Source of the DNA: Limosilactobacillus gorillae
GTDB lineage: Bacteria > Verrucomicrobiota > Kiritimatiellia > RFP12 > UBA1067
Direction: 5' to 3'
NCBI GenBank assembly: GCA_963653155.1
Contig: CAVJWR010000002.1
Location: 1 to 52,419 of the forward strand
DNA length: 52,419 nucleotides
The translations under genes were made by a program, and so were the position numbers. Under the pieces are notes generated by a model. That model was not told the origin of the DNA. It was given only the letters and a program-made list of their open reading frames with translations, and did not search any database. This document shows, piece by piece, positions 8,711 to 17,088 of the stretch; position 1 is the stretch's first letter; each line of letters starts with the position of its first letter.

Positions 8711-10594
8711 TCACTTCAGCATGAGCGCGGTCAGCAGTTTCGCGAAGCGCGACGGATTCGGCACGGGGCTTCCCTCGGCCACAAGCGCCTGGTCGAAAAG
8801 CAGCTCGACCGCATCAGAGAAGGCCTCGCCCTCAAGGGCCTTCGCCTTCTCCACAAGCGGATGGGAGGCATTCACCTCAAGGATCCGCTTCTCGTCCGGC
8901 ACATCCTGCTTCATCGCACGCATCATGCGGATCATCGCGGGAGACAGCGCATTTTCCGATGCGACGAGGCAGCACGGGCTCTCCGCCAGACGCGTGGACA
9001 CGCGCACATCCGACACGTAATCCTTGAGCTGTTCCTTCATCTTCTCAAGGAATGGCTTGAGGTCTGCCGAGGCCTTCTCGTTCGCCTCCTTTTCGGCCTT
9101 CTGCTCGGTTTCGCTGCCGAACTGCACGTCCCCACGGGCAATGTCCACAAGCTTCTTCCCCTCAAACTCACGGAAGGAATCCACAAGCCACTCATCCACA
9201 GGGTCGACGAACAGCAATACGTCGAGGCCATGCTTCTCGGCCTGTTCAAGCTGTGGTGCGCGACGGGCCTCGTCCTCCTTCTCCGCGCAGAGATAGTAGA
9301 TGTCCTTTTGGTCCTGAGGCATCTTCTTCACGTAGTCCTCAAGGAAGATCATCTTTCCGGCGGCGGACTGCGAACTCGGATACTTGAGAAGCTTCTTGAT
9401 GCGGTCTGCATTCACGTAATCGGTGTGCAGGCCTTCCTTCAGGATGCGGCCGAAAGCCTTGTAGAACGCATCGTACGACTCCTTGCCCTTCATGTCCTCA
9501 AGCGTGGAGAGTATCTTGGACGTAACCGCGCTCTTTATCTTCGATATCACCTGGTCGTCCTGCAGCATTTCGCGCGAGACGTTGAGGGGCAAGTCCGCAG
9601 AATCCACCACGCCCTTCACAAAGCGGAGGTAGTCCGGCAGGAGGAGATCGAAGTCATTCCCGATGAACACGTTGCGCACGTAGAGGGAGAGGCCGCGCTT
9701 CGTCTGCGGCATGTACATCTCCATGCCTGCGGACTTCGGGATGAAAAGCAGGGCCTTGAACTCCACCTGTCCCTCTCCGGAGAACGGAATCGTCTCCAGA
9801 GGCTCTTCGAAGTCGTGGGTAAGGTGCTTGTAGAACTCGTCGTACTCCTCTTTCTTCACGTCCTTCTTCTGACGCTTCCAGAGGGCAACCATCGTGTTCA
9901 GCGGCTTGGGCGGCTCTGGGGTCTTCTTCTCTTCGCCCTCCTTCGGCTCTTCCTTCTTGCCGATTTCCTCGAAGTATATCGGGTATGCGATGAAATCGGA
10001 ATAGTTCTTGACCAGTTCGCGTATCCTCCACTCGTTCAGGTATTCGTCCTGCCCGTCGCGGAGGTGCAGCGTGATCGTGGTGCCGAACCCGTCACGGGTC
10101 GCATCGGAGATCGTATACGAGCCGATGCCGTCCGACTCCCATGAGAAAGCGGCATCCTCGCCACGCTTCTTGGACACCACCGTCACCTTGTCCGCAACCA
10201 TGAACGCGGCGTAGAATCCGACTCCGAACCTGCCAATCAGTTCCGGCAGGTTGCCGCCGTCCTTCTCCGCTGCGGCCTCCATGAACTTCTTTGTCCCGGA
10301 GGACGCTATCGTGCCAAGATTGTTCTCAAGGTCTTCCTCGTCCATCCCGTAGCCGTTGTCGGAGATGGAAAGCAGCTTCTTGTCCTTGTCCGCAGAAATG
10401 GTTATTTTCCATTCCGGTGCGTCGGCGAGGAGTTCCTTATCAACGAGACCCAGATACTTTGCGCGATCGATGGCATCGGATGCGTTGGAAAGAAGCTCGC
10501 GGAGAAATATTTCCTTCTTCGAATAGAGCGAGTTGACAACGAGATCGAGCATCCGTCCGATCTCTGCCTTGAACTGTTTCGTTTCCGTTTTCAT
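8711..10594 (-). CDS. htpG: Molecular chaperone HtpG (Hsp90)
   Basis: 627 aa with an N-terminal GHKL ATPase signature (LYSKKEIFLRELLSNASDAIDR, DNGYGM, IGRFGVGFYAAFMVADKV) and a full-length Hsp90 layout. Confidence 0.97.
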   Translation of the reverse strand: MKTETKQFKAEIGRMLDLVVNSLYSKKEIFLRELLSNASDAIDRAKYLGLVDKELLADAPEWKITISADKDKKLLSISDNGYGMDEEDLENNLGTIASSGTKKFMEAAAEKDGGNLPELIGRFGVGFYAAFMVADKVTVVSKKRGEDAAFSWESDGIGSYTISDATRDGFGTTITLHLRDGQDEYLNEWRIRELVKNYSDFIAYPIYFEEIGKKEEPKEGEEKKTPEPPKPLNTMVALWKRQKKDVKKEEYDEFYKHLTHDFEEPLETIPFSGEGQVEFKALLFIPKSAGMEMYMPQTKRGLSLYVRNVFIGNDFDLLLPDYLRFVKGVVDSADLPLNVSREMLQDDQVISKIKSAVTSKILSTLEDMKGKESYDAFYKAFGRILKEGLHTDYVNADRIKKLLKYPSSQSAAGKMIFLEDYVKKMPQDQKDIYYLCAEKEDEARRAPQLEQAEKHGLDVLLFVDPVDEWLVDSFREFEGKKLVDIARGDVQFGSETEQKAEKEANEKASADLKPFLEKMKEQLKDYVSDVRVSTRLAESPCCLVASENALSPAMIRMMRAMKQDVPDEKRILEVNASHPLVEKAKALEGEAFSDAVELLFDQALVAEGSPVPNPSRFAKLLTALMLK

Positions 10595-10605
10595 AATGGC
10601 GTGAA

Positions 10606-10614
10606 ATTATACCA
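10606..10614 (-). promoter_or_regulatory. Extended -10 box TGgTATAAT only 11 nt upstream of the htpG ATG
   Basis: The minus strand reads TGGTATAAT-ttcacgccatt-ATG. No Shine-Dalgarno sequence lies between, implying a very short or absent leader. Confidence 0.45.
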
Positions 10615-10628
10615 CAAAGCCTACGTGC

Positions 10629-10697
10629 GGACGCAATGAATTGCGTCCCTCCCGTCGAAGCGGCCAGTATACGGGAGGGTCGCAACTTGTTGCGACC
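10629..10697. repeat. REPIN-like double hairpin (family 2, divergent copy)
   Basis: ggacgcaatgaattgcgtcc-CTCCC-19 nt-GGGAG-ggtcgcaacttgttgcgacc. It has the same hairpin-CTCCC...GGGAG-hairpin layout as 22005-22118 and 45413-45522 but with different, internally compensated stem sequences. Confidence 0.6.
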
Positions 10698-10730
10698 GAA
10701 TGCGAACCAGCATATGCCCCTTGCAGGTCC

Positions 10731-12170
10731 TTAACGGCTCAGCACATTCAGAAGCCGACCACCGATTGTCTCTACGGTGACGTCGCCAACAAGGCGGATC
10801 GCGTACTCGGGACGCAAGCGGATGGATTGCATCTCGTCTGGAAGCCAGAGCGCGAGACGGTCGCCAGCCTTGCGGTTGGGGACAGTCCCTGAAATCACTG
10901 TATCCGATTCGGGAGCCATGCGGCGACAATCGAAACCAGTCGGACACTCCGTAACCGTGCCATCGGCGGCAATGATCACAAACACGGCCTCTCGCGGATT
11001 GATTGGCGCGGCGAACCCGTAGTTGTGGAGCGTCACGTGCGCCGTGCCGTCCGTCCACCGCACGTCCTTCGCGACAAGTCGATATCCGAGGTGGTCACGG
11101 ATGTACTCGTAGGCCGTGCGGTATGGGACTTCCGCGAAATAGGCGGGGTCTGACGGGATGCCGAACGACGCGAGCAGATCGGCCGTGACAGGTGTCTTCT
11201 TCCATGTGTCAATCGGCCCGATGTCCCGTCCGCTGTTCATGTCGAGCTCCGAATTGCCGTGCACGAGGCTGAATGTCGTATAGTGGTGGCGGCGCAGGCG
11301 AATGAGCGCGTCCAGTCCGTTCTGGCGGGCCGGATCGACGTTCCCGATCCAGAAAAGCTCGCCATCAACCGGCACGTGCGCACCGATCTTGCCGAGCAAG
11401 TCGAATTGCGGATTGCCCGGCTCAGAGTACAAAGCGCCGAGGATATCATCCCACGCCATCTTCATGAGGCGGTTGCGGTCGCCCATGAACGTGCCGGCGT
11501 CATGGAAGGTCGCGAGCGTCGCGTCGTTGAAGAGGCCGATCCGGTCGCCGGCGATGCCGAGGTCGGCAAGGACATCCTCGCGCAACTGCATCGTGCGCAG
11601 CATCGTCGAGCGATTCTCCGGCAGCAGACAATCAATCGTGTCCTTCACGACGCGAGCCGTCGCCGCGCGGTCGAACTCGATGCCGCTGGCGGACGAATGG
11701 AACTCGCCCCACGCACCGACCCAGCCGATCTGGAAGGCGTAGATGACATCGGCATTGCGCTTGACGATATCAGAAAGTTCCCGAATGTGCGAAAGGATGC
11801 GCGCGAGGTTCGGCCCTTTCGTCCGAGACATGTCGGTCTCGTAGGCGAAGCGGAAGAGGAACTTTACGCCGTCTCGACGCGCCTTGTCGAAATCGGCCTG
11901 AAGCGCGTCAAGCTTCGACTGTGGGATTTGCGCATCGCAATACCGCGTAAGGTAGCAATACGCCTGCGCAACCCGCACACCGTCCTTCGCGTACGCCGCA
12001 AACGGCCAGTTGTTCCGTACCGAGCGCGGTAGCGGCTCGCCCGCCTCGCGCCCGACCCGAATCTCGAAGCGGAATCCGCGTTCGGGATTCGGCAAGCCAT
12101 CGCGATTCACGGCAAACGCCGACGCGCAAATCATTCCCGCACATAACAGCACAACATTTGACTTGTTCAT
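10731..12170 (-). CDS. Secreted DUF4874/DUF4832-type glycoside-hydrolase-like protein
   Basis: The start is set at MNKSNVVLLCAGMICASAFA (signal peptide) with GGAGGT/GGAGAA upstream. It is followed by NPERGFRFE... and a TIM-barrel-like region (QIGWVGAWGEFH) typical of DUF4874+DUF4832 proteins. The 668-aa ORF extension overlaps the upstream gene and is Arg/Gly junk. Confidence 0.75.
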   Translation of the reverse strand: MNKSNVVLLCAGMICASAFAVNRDGLPNPERGFRFEIRVGREAGEPLPRSVRNNWPFAAYAKDGVRVAQAYCYLTRYCDAQIPQSKLDALQADFDKARRDGVKFLFRFAYETDMSRTKGPNLARILSHIRELSDIVKRNADVIYAFQIGWVGAWGEFHSSASGIEFDRAATARVVKDTIDCLLPENRSTMLRTMQLREDVLADLGIAGDRIGLFNDATLATFHDAGTFMGDRNRLMKMAWDDILGALYSEPGNPQFDLLGKIGAHVPVDGELFWIGNVDPARQNGLDALIRLRRHHYTTFSLVHGNSELDMNSGRDIGPIDTWKKTPVTADLLASFGIPSDPAYFAEVPYRTAYEYIRDHLGYRLVAKDVRWTDGTAHVTLHNYGFAAPINPREAVFVIIAADGTVTECPTGFDCRRMAPESDTVISGTVPNRKAGDRLALWLPDEMQSIRLRPEYAIRLVGDVTVETIGGRLLNVLSR

Positions 12171-12200
12171 TTCTCCGTACCTCCGTGGCTTCGTGTGAAC
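12171..12200. repeat. Half copy (right arm) of the CACGGAG palindromic element (family 1)
   Basis: ttctccgtacctccgtggcttcgtgtgaac resembles the right arms ctccgtggctccgtgtgagt (21266-21285) and ttctccgtgcctccgt..gtgtgag (23016-23045). It fills the 38-nt spacer between two genes and supplies the GGAG of the downstream RBS. Confidence 0.4.
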
Positions 12201-12208
12201 ATCGTGGA

Positions 12209-14452
12209 CTACCTCAGCGGGAAGCTGAACGTCAGGTCTTGGCATGCCGTCGGACGAATCTGCCCCTGCGCATCGCGCCATGCGAACTCGACGCGCTGCT
12301 TGCCGAGATTCGGCGAGAACGTGACGTGCGTCAGCTTGAGATGCGCGTCCGGCGAATCCGCGAGGACGGGATGCCGCCGCACCAGCTGGCTTTCGAACCA
12401 GGCGTAGCCACCCTCCATGTACACGCGGCCCTGCCCGTAGTTGTAGACCGGCGTCGCGCCGCCCCATTCGCCGCCGTAGCGCGTGAAAAGTGAAATGAAG
12501 TCGCCCCGGTTGTCCACCCAGCGGAAGTCGCCGGCCTCGGCTTTCTCGAAGATCGGCACCTTGTCCATCGGGATCATGTCGGCGAAGAACATCGGCACAC
12601 TGAGCGAGTCGCGCAGGACAAAGACGCCGCGATTGTCGTAGGCGACGGCCCCCGTGCGCTTGCCCTTCGCCTCCGGCAGGATCTCCGTCCAGCGGCGGTC
12701 GTCCCACGCCGTGCCGTTGCCGCGATAGATCCGGCAAGTAAAGGCGATGCCGCCGTCCATCATGAGGTCAAAGTCTTTGCGGCCATCCGCGAGTCCGTCC
12801 CCCGACGTCGCCACAACCGCATAGTCGGCCGCGTCGCTGAAGAAGCAGTCCGTGAAGGACGCGAATGGCCTGTTTCTGAAGAATCTATCAAGGAACCCTC
12901 TCTTTGCGCACGACAGGACGACCGAATGCCGCCCGCCCTCGAAGTGGACGTTGCGGAAGCGCACGTCCGAGAATCCATTGACGCGAAAAATGTCCTTGGC
13001 CTCGTCCTTCATGCGGAAGCCGCATGTGCCCTGCCCGACGATCGCCACGCCGTCCGGCACGTCCAGCGTCTCCGAGAGATCCACCCACGTCGCGGGAAAG
13101 ACGAGCGTCGCGTTCGCCTGTTCACGGGCGGCCGCGAAAAGACGGCGTACCGCCTCCGTGTCGTCCGTCGCAAGATTGTCGTCAAGCCCGAAGTCCGTCG
13201 CGTAGAGCGTCGGCCCCGCGTTGCGCGACGGGGCACACGGCGGTGCCGGACGCTTCAGCGGCTTCTCCAGAACCTGCGTCATGAAGCTCGTTTCCAGGGA
13301 GTAGAACTTGAAATAGCGAAGATCCGCCAGCATCTTCTCGTCCCGTCCGCCCACGTAGTGGATGGGTGATGCATGGGCGACGCCACGCTCGACGAGGCCG
13401 GCGACGCGCAGACGGTTCGGACACGTCTTCGGCTCAATCACGACCGGCGCATCGTCATCCGCCGCCCCCGACTCGACCGTGACGTCATTGAGCGAGATCG
13501 CGGAGGCGTAGTAGGTCGGCACCGTGGACGAGCGCACGGTGCACACGCCCGAACTGTCGTCCGTGCGGAACACGGAGCTTTCGACGTCGAGCATCGCGCC
13601 AGACCGCTTCGTCTCGAAGACACTCTGCCGCACGTCCGCCACGCGCCGCACCGTCACATCGAGGTCGTAGGCGTGCAGACGGTTGCCGACGAGGAACACT
13701 CCGCCCGGCGCACCCTTCGCCGTCACGGCCTTTACGCGACGCATCACCGCGCCGTCACAGGCGAAGTCCGTCGTGCGCGCACAGTCCTCGAACACGCAGT
13801 CCTCAATCGTAAGGAGCGTCGAGTTCGGCCAGCCGCCACGCGGCCCCGCGAACAGCGGATTCGGCCGCAGTGTACCGTCCTTCTTGGCGATGTACGGCGA
13901 CAGCCCACGGGACTGCCCGTTCGTCTTGTATGAGTATGACAGGCACTCGATGGCGGCGGCGGACGTACCGACGAAGCGGCAGTCGCGGATCGTCACGTGG
14001 GCCGTGTCGTTGTTCTGCGTCCAGAAGCGCAGTGCCGTCGCGCCGCCCTCGAACGCGAGGCCACTCACGCGACAGCGAAACGCGCTGTAAAAGTAGAGAA
14101 TGTCCCGATCGCGTTCCGTCATCCTGACCGTCGCGTCGTCGCCGCGCAGCACGGTGTCGCGCCAGACGAGCAGCGTCTCGCTCACGCGGTAGACGCCCTT
14201 CGGGAAGAAGACTTCGCGGATGGGGCCGTCACCCACTCCGCCGCCGTCCACACAGCGGTAGCCGACGCGGATGCGCCGCGCCTCATTTTCTTTCGCCGCT
14301 TGGACGAGCGCGGCGCGGATGGCCGCCGTGTCGTCCGCCACGCCGTCGCCTTTCGCGCCAAAGTCCCGTACGTTCAGCGGCAGCGCCGCCGCACCGCACA
14401 TCATTCCTCCGACTGCGGCCACCGCCGCAAAAACAATGATCCTCATGTTCAT
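12209..14452 (-). CDS. Secreted protein with two tandem pectate-lyase-superfamily (right-handed beta-helix, GH28-related) domains
   Basis: The start is at MNMRIIVFAAVAAVGG (AAGGAGG 6 nt upstream). It contains two copies of the Pectate_lyase_3-type opening motif (NVRDFGAKGDGVADDTAAIRAAL and LYATDFGLDDNLATDDTEAVRRLF). Confidence 0.75.
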   Translation of the reverse strand: MNMRIIVFAAVAAVGGMMCGAAALPLNVRDFGAKGDGVADDTAAIRAALVQAAKENEARRIRVGYRCVDGGGVGDGPIREVFFPKGVYRVSETLLVWRDTVLRGDDATVRMTERDRDILYFYSAFRCRVSGLAFEGGATALRFWTQNNDTAHVTIRDCRFVGTSAAAIECLSYSYKTNGQSRGLSPYIAKKDGTLRPNPLFAGPRGGWPNSTLLTIEDCVFEDCARTTDFACDGAVMRRVKAVTAKGAPGGVFLVGNRLHAYDLDVTVRRVADVRQSVFETKRSGAMLDVESSVFRTDDSSGVCTVRSSTVPTYYASAISLNDVTVESGAADDDAPVVIEPKTCPNRLRVAGLVERGVAHASPIHYVGGRDEKMLADLRYFKFYSLETSFMTQVLEKPLKRPAPPCAPSRNAGPTLYATDFGLDDNLATDDTEAVRRLFAAAREQANATLVFPATWVDLSETLDVPDGVAIVGQGTCGFRMKDEAKDIFRVNGFSDVRFRNVHFEGGRHSVVLSCAKRGFLDRFFRNRPFASFTDCFFSDAADYAVVATSGDGLADGRKDFDLMMDGGIAFTCRIYRGNGTAWDDRRWTEILPEAKGKRTGAVAYDNRGVFVLRDSLSVPMFFADMIPMDKVPIFEKAEAGDFRWVDNRGDFISLFTRYGGEWGGATPVYNYGQGRVYMEGGYAWFESQLVRRHPVLADSPDAHLKLTHVTFSPNLGKQRVEFAWRDAQGQIRPTACQDLTFSFPLR

Positions 14453-14466
14453 TCGCCCCTCCTTGC

Positions 14467-16974
14467 CTATTGTATTGTAAGCAACATGCCGACACGCGCC
14501 CAGGAAACGACCGTCCCGGTGCCGCCGAAATGTACGCCATCCGTGCGCTCTGCCGGCGAGTTGAGTGAGCCACATGTCTTGCCGTAACGGACTCTCCGCC
14601 CGTTGATCGCCAGAGACTTGACCGTCGCATCAATGCCGTCCGCGAGCGTCAGCTTGCCCGCCAGCGCGATTGAACAGGTGTTGGCCTCGGCGTCCGCCGC
14701 GCCGAAGACCTCGGAGCCGCAACTCGCGTTGACGACCAGTTCGGCCTCGTTCGCGACGACGACCGTACCTGTCCAGCCCGCCGAATCGAGAATGACCGTG
14801 CCAGAATTGACGGTGAGCGTCCCCGTCGAGGTCGACTTGCCCGTGAGGTGCAGTGTGCCTGTACCGTTCCACGTAAGCGAGGCGGACTCAGTGAAAACCA
14901 TCTTGAGGTCGTTGTCCGTGCCGCCGAGGACAAGCGTGCCCGTGCCACCGAAAGTGACCGCGCCCTTGCTGAAGTCGCCGCAGTTGAACGCTCCGACCGG
15001 CGCAATCACGCCGTCAAGCGGAATTACCGTATCCAGTCCAGCCGCGTTCTTGAAATTCAGCGTCAGGTTCACGTCAGTGAGATTCGGCGCGACGTTCGCG
15101 CCCCAGTTCGCCGGATCGGAGAACGAGGATGACGACCCCTTGCCCGTCCAGATCCAGACGGGATCGTGTTCCGCAACCGTCACCGTGCCCGTCATATCGT
15201 CGCCCGTGTCTGCACTGGCCTTCTTCAGCCAATCGACCTCGGTCGCCCCTTCGATCCCCGCGCCCGTGCGACAGTACGTACCCGCCGGCATATCGACGCC
15301 CTCGACGAATGCGTGCTTCACCGTCAGGCTCACGCCCGTTGCCAAACGAATGCCGTTCCCTATCACGTCATGGACGTCGAGCGTCATGTCCGAATTGAGC
15401 GTCGCCCCATTCTGGATGATGACCGATCCCGCGCCCGTGCATTCGATGCCGCCGAGGTTCGGGTACTTGGCCCCGTCCGTGAAGATGAGCGTGTTCTTTT
15501 CGGTGCCGATCCAGCCCGTGAGATCGTCTTCGTTCGCGAACGTCAGGCTGCCGTTGCTGCCGGAACCGATGTCATAGCCGTAGACGGAAATCTTTCCGCT
15601 CAGGTGCGGCATCATGTGCGTGACGCTCTCGTTGTTGCCGACCTTCAGCGTCGCCGGACGGTCGGAGGACGTGACGACGAAATCATGTGGGCCAGAACCC
15701 CATGTCTGAATCGCCGAAATTGTCTGGTCATTGCCGTGCAGATCCAAGGATACGTTCTCGCTCGTTCCGGCATCGAAGCCGACCATGACAATGCCCTTCG
15801 GCAAGATGTCCGGCGACAAAAGGTAAAACTGCTGATTTGACTTCAGCACCATCTTCCACGGATGCCCGCTGGAAAGCGTTCCGCTCAACCGCACGTCAGC
15901 CTTGCTGTCCGCATGGAAAAGGCCAATCTGGGGCGGGCAGTTTGAAGCCTTCGTCGGACAAAAGCGACCACGCACCTCCAAATGGAATGTTCCCGGCGAA
16001 TACGTGTATATGTTCATGTGGGGATTCTTTTCTTGGGCACCATTCTCGGACGTACACACGAAATCCTTGAGGAACACATAGCCCGAACGGTTGTTCGCAC
16101 TGGCGATGCCGCAGGAAAGCCCCAGCTCGGAATAATCCCCTGCATCCGCCGTATGTGACACACCGCCTCGGAAAGTGACGATGCCATCCTCGCCGGCTGC
16201 GGCATACGTCGTCGAGATGGACGTCTTGTGAAAAAGGCTGACCGTGCCGGCGACCTCCGACGCACCACCAAACCGCAGCAGCCCCTTCTGCGCGGTGTCT
16301 GATGCGTTCGTGCCATAGACTGTGACCGTGCAGTCATCCGCACCGAACGGCAGCTGCGTCACACCGCCAGACGTCGGCAGAACGTAGACATCGGACTCTA
16401 TGTTCCATGTGCCGTGGAAATTCGGATGCGATCGAAGGTTCAGCGTCTTTGCCCCCGTCACAAGCAACTCGCCATTGCCGCGCAACATGTCATTGCCATT
16501 GCTCACCCCGTCAAAGCTCAGGTCGGACGTCTGTTGCCGAAGCGCCAACCGTCCGCCTTCGGCCACTTCAATCGGAACGTAGAGGTAAAGGGTCGTCGGC
16601 TGTGCGGTGACAATCTCCGAATCTCGCCCCGTCACGCGGACAATCCCTCCGCCTTCGGCGCTGATTGTGCCGCCCAACGTGTTGGTATAGTAGAAATTCT
16701 CCAAGGGAAACTTGAACGTGTAGCAGATGTTCGCCACACTTGTCGACGAAATGACGACAGTATCGCCCTCGACAGGCATCTGACCATCCTGCCAGTTTTC
16801 GGGCGCGTTCGTGTAGAGGTAGTCACCGCCCTGCTCGCCTGTCCACACACACGTCTTGGCCTGTACCCCGCATAGCGCACCCACAAACGCGACCGCAGCG
16901 GCCATCGGTCTCGCCCGCCGCATATTAAAGGACATACGCCTAATCGTCAACGCCACTCTTGACTCAGTTGCCAT
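14467..16974 (-). CDS. Large secreted beta-helix protein with autotransporter-associated beta-strand (PATR-like) repeats
   Basis: About 835 aa and Gly/Thr/Asn-rich. It has a signal peptide (RRARPMAAAVAFVGALCGVQA) and repeats such as GGTGTLVLGG and NGTGTLHLTGKSTSTGTLTVNSGTVILD. The start is uncertain: ATG 16974 has GGAAAGGAA upstream, and alternatives are 16935 and 16923. Confidence 0.7.
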   Translation of the reverse strand: MATESRVALTIRRMSFNMRRARPMAAAVAFVGALCGVQAKTCVWTGEQGGDYLYTNAPENWQDGQMPVEGDTVVISSTSVANICYTFKFPLENFYYTNTLGGTISAEGGGIVRVTGRDSEIVTAQPTTLYLYVPIEVAEGGRLALRQQTSDLSFDGVSNGNDMLRGNGELLVTGAKTLNLRSHPNFHGTWNIESDVYVLPTSGGVTQLPFGADDCTVTVYGTNASDTAQKGLLRFGGASEVAGTVSLFHKTSISTTYAAAGEDGIVTFRGGVSHTADAGDYSELGLSCGIASANNRSGYVFLKDFVCTSENGAQEKNPHMNIYTYSPGTFHLEVRGRFCPTKASNCPPQIGLFHADSKADVRLSGTLSSGHPWKMVLKSNQQFYLLSPDILPKGIVMVGFDAGTSENVSLDLHGNDQTISAIQTWGSGPHDFVVTSSDRPATLKVGNNESVTHMMPHLSGKISVYGYDIGSGSNGSLTFANEDDLTGWIGTEKNTLIFTDGAKYPNLGGIECTGAGSVIIQNGATLNSDMTLDVHDVIGNGIRLATGVSLTVKHAFVEGVDMPAGTYCRTGAGIEGATEVDWLKKASADTGDDMTGTVTVAEHDPVWIWTGKGSSSSFSDPANWGANVAPNLTDVNLTLNFKNAAGLDTVIPLDGVIAPVGAFNCGDFSKGAVTFGGTGTLVLGGTDNDLKMVFTESASLTWNGTGTLHLTGKSTSTGTLTVNSGTVILDSAGWTGTVVVANEAELVVNASCGSEVFGAADAEANTCSIALAGKLTLADGIDATVKSLAINGRRVRYGKTCGSLNSPAERTDGVHFGGTGTVVSWARVGMLLTIQ

Positions 16975-17027
16975 GCTCAAGTTCCTTTCCTAAAAGGCCT
17001 TTTTTCTCCCTTCAAAAATATTGCGCC

Positions 17028-17057
17028 ATTATATCGTTTTTTTTTTCTTAAATTCAA
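17028..17057 (-). promoter_or_regulatory. Sigma70-type promoter TTGAAT-N18-TATAAT for the beta-helix operon
   Basis: The minus strand reads TTGAAT (17057-17052), then an 18-nt A-rich spacer, then TATAAT (17033-17028), about 55 nt upstream of ATG 16974. Confidence 0.45.
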
Positions 17058-17060
17058 CCG

Positions 17061-17088
17061 CTACCCACTGCCAACTACCCACTACCAA
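17061..17088. repeat. 14-bp tandem direct repeat x2 immediately after the rnhC stop
   Basis: ctacccactgccaa / ctacccactaccaa directly abutting the stop codon at 17089-17091. Confidence 0.5.

Noticed and set aside
12171-12737. The N-terminal extension of the 668-aa ORF 10731-12737. Analogous extensions occur in 31413-32660, 37461-38969, 38824-40290, 12209-14575 and 17089-18225.
   Set aside because: The extensions overlap the upstream genes out of frame and are Arg/Gly/Pro-rich. Internal ATGs with strong AAGGAG-type RBSs give canonical N-termini: signal peptides, the Rossmann TGGAQGIG motif and the OPA motif.
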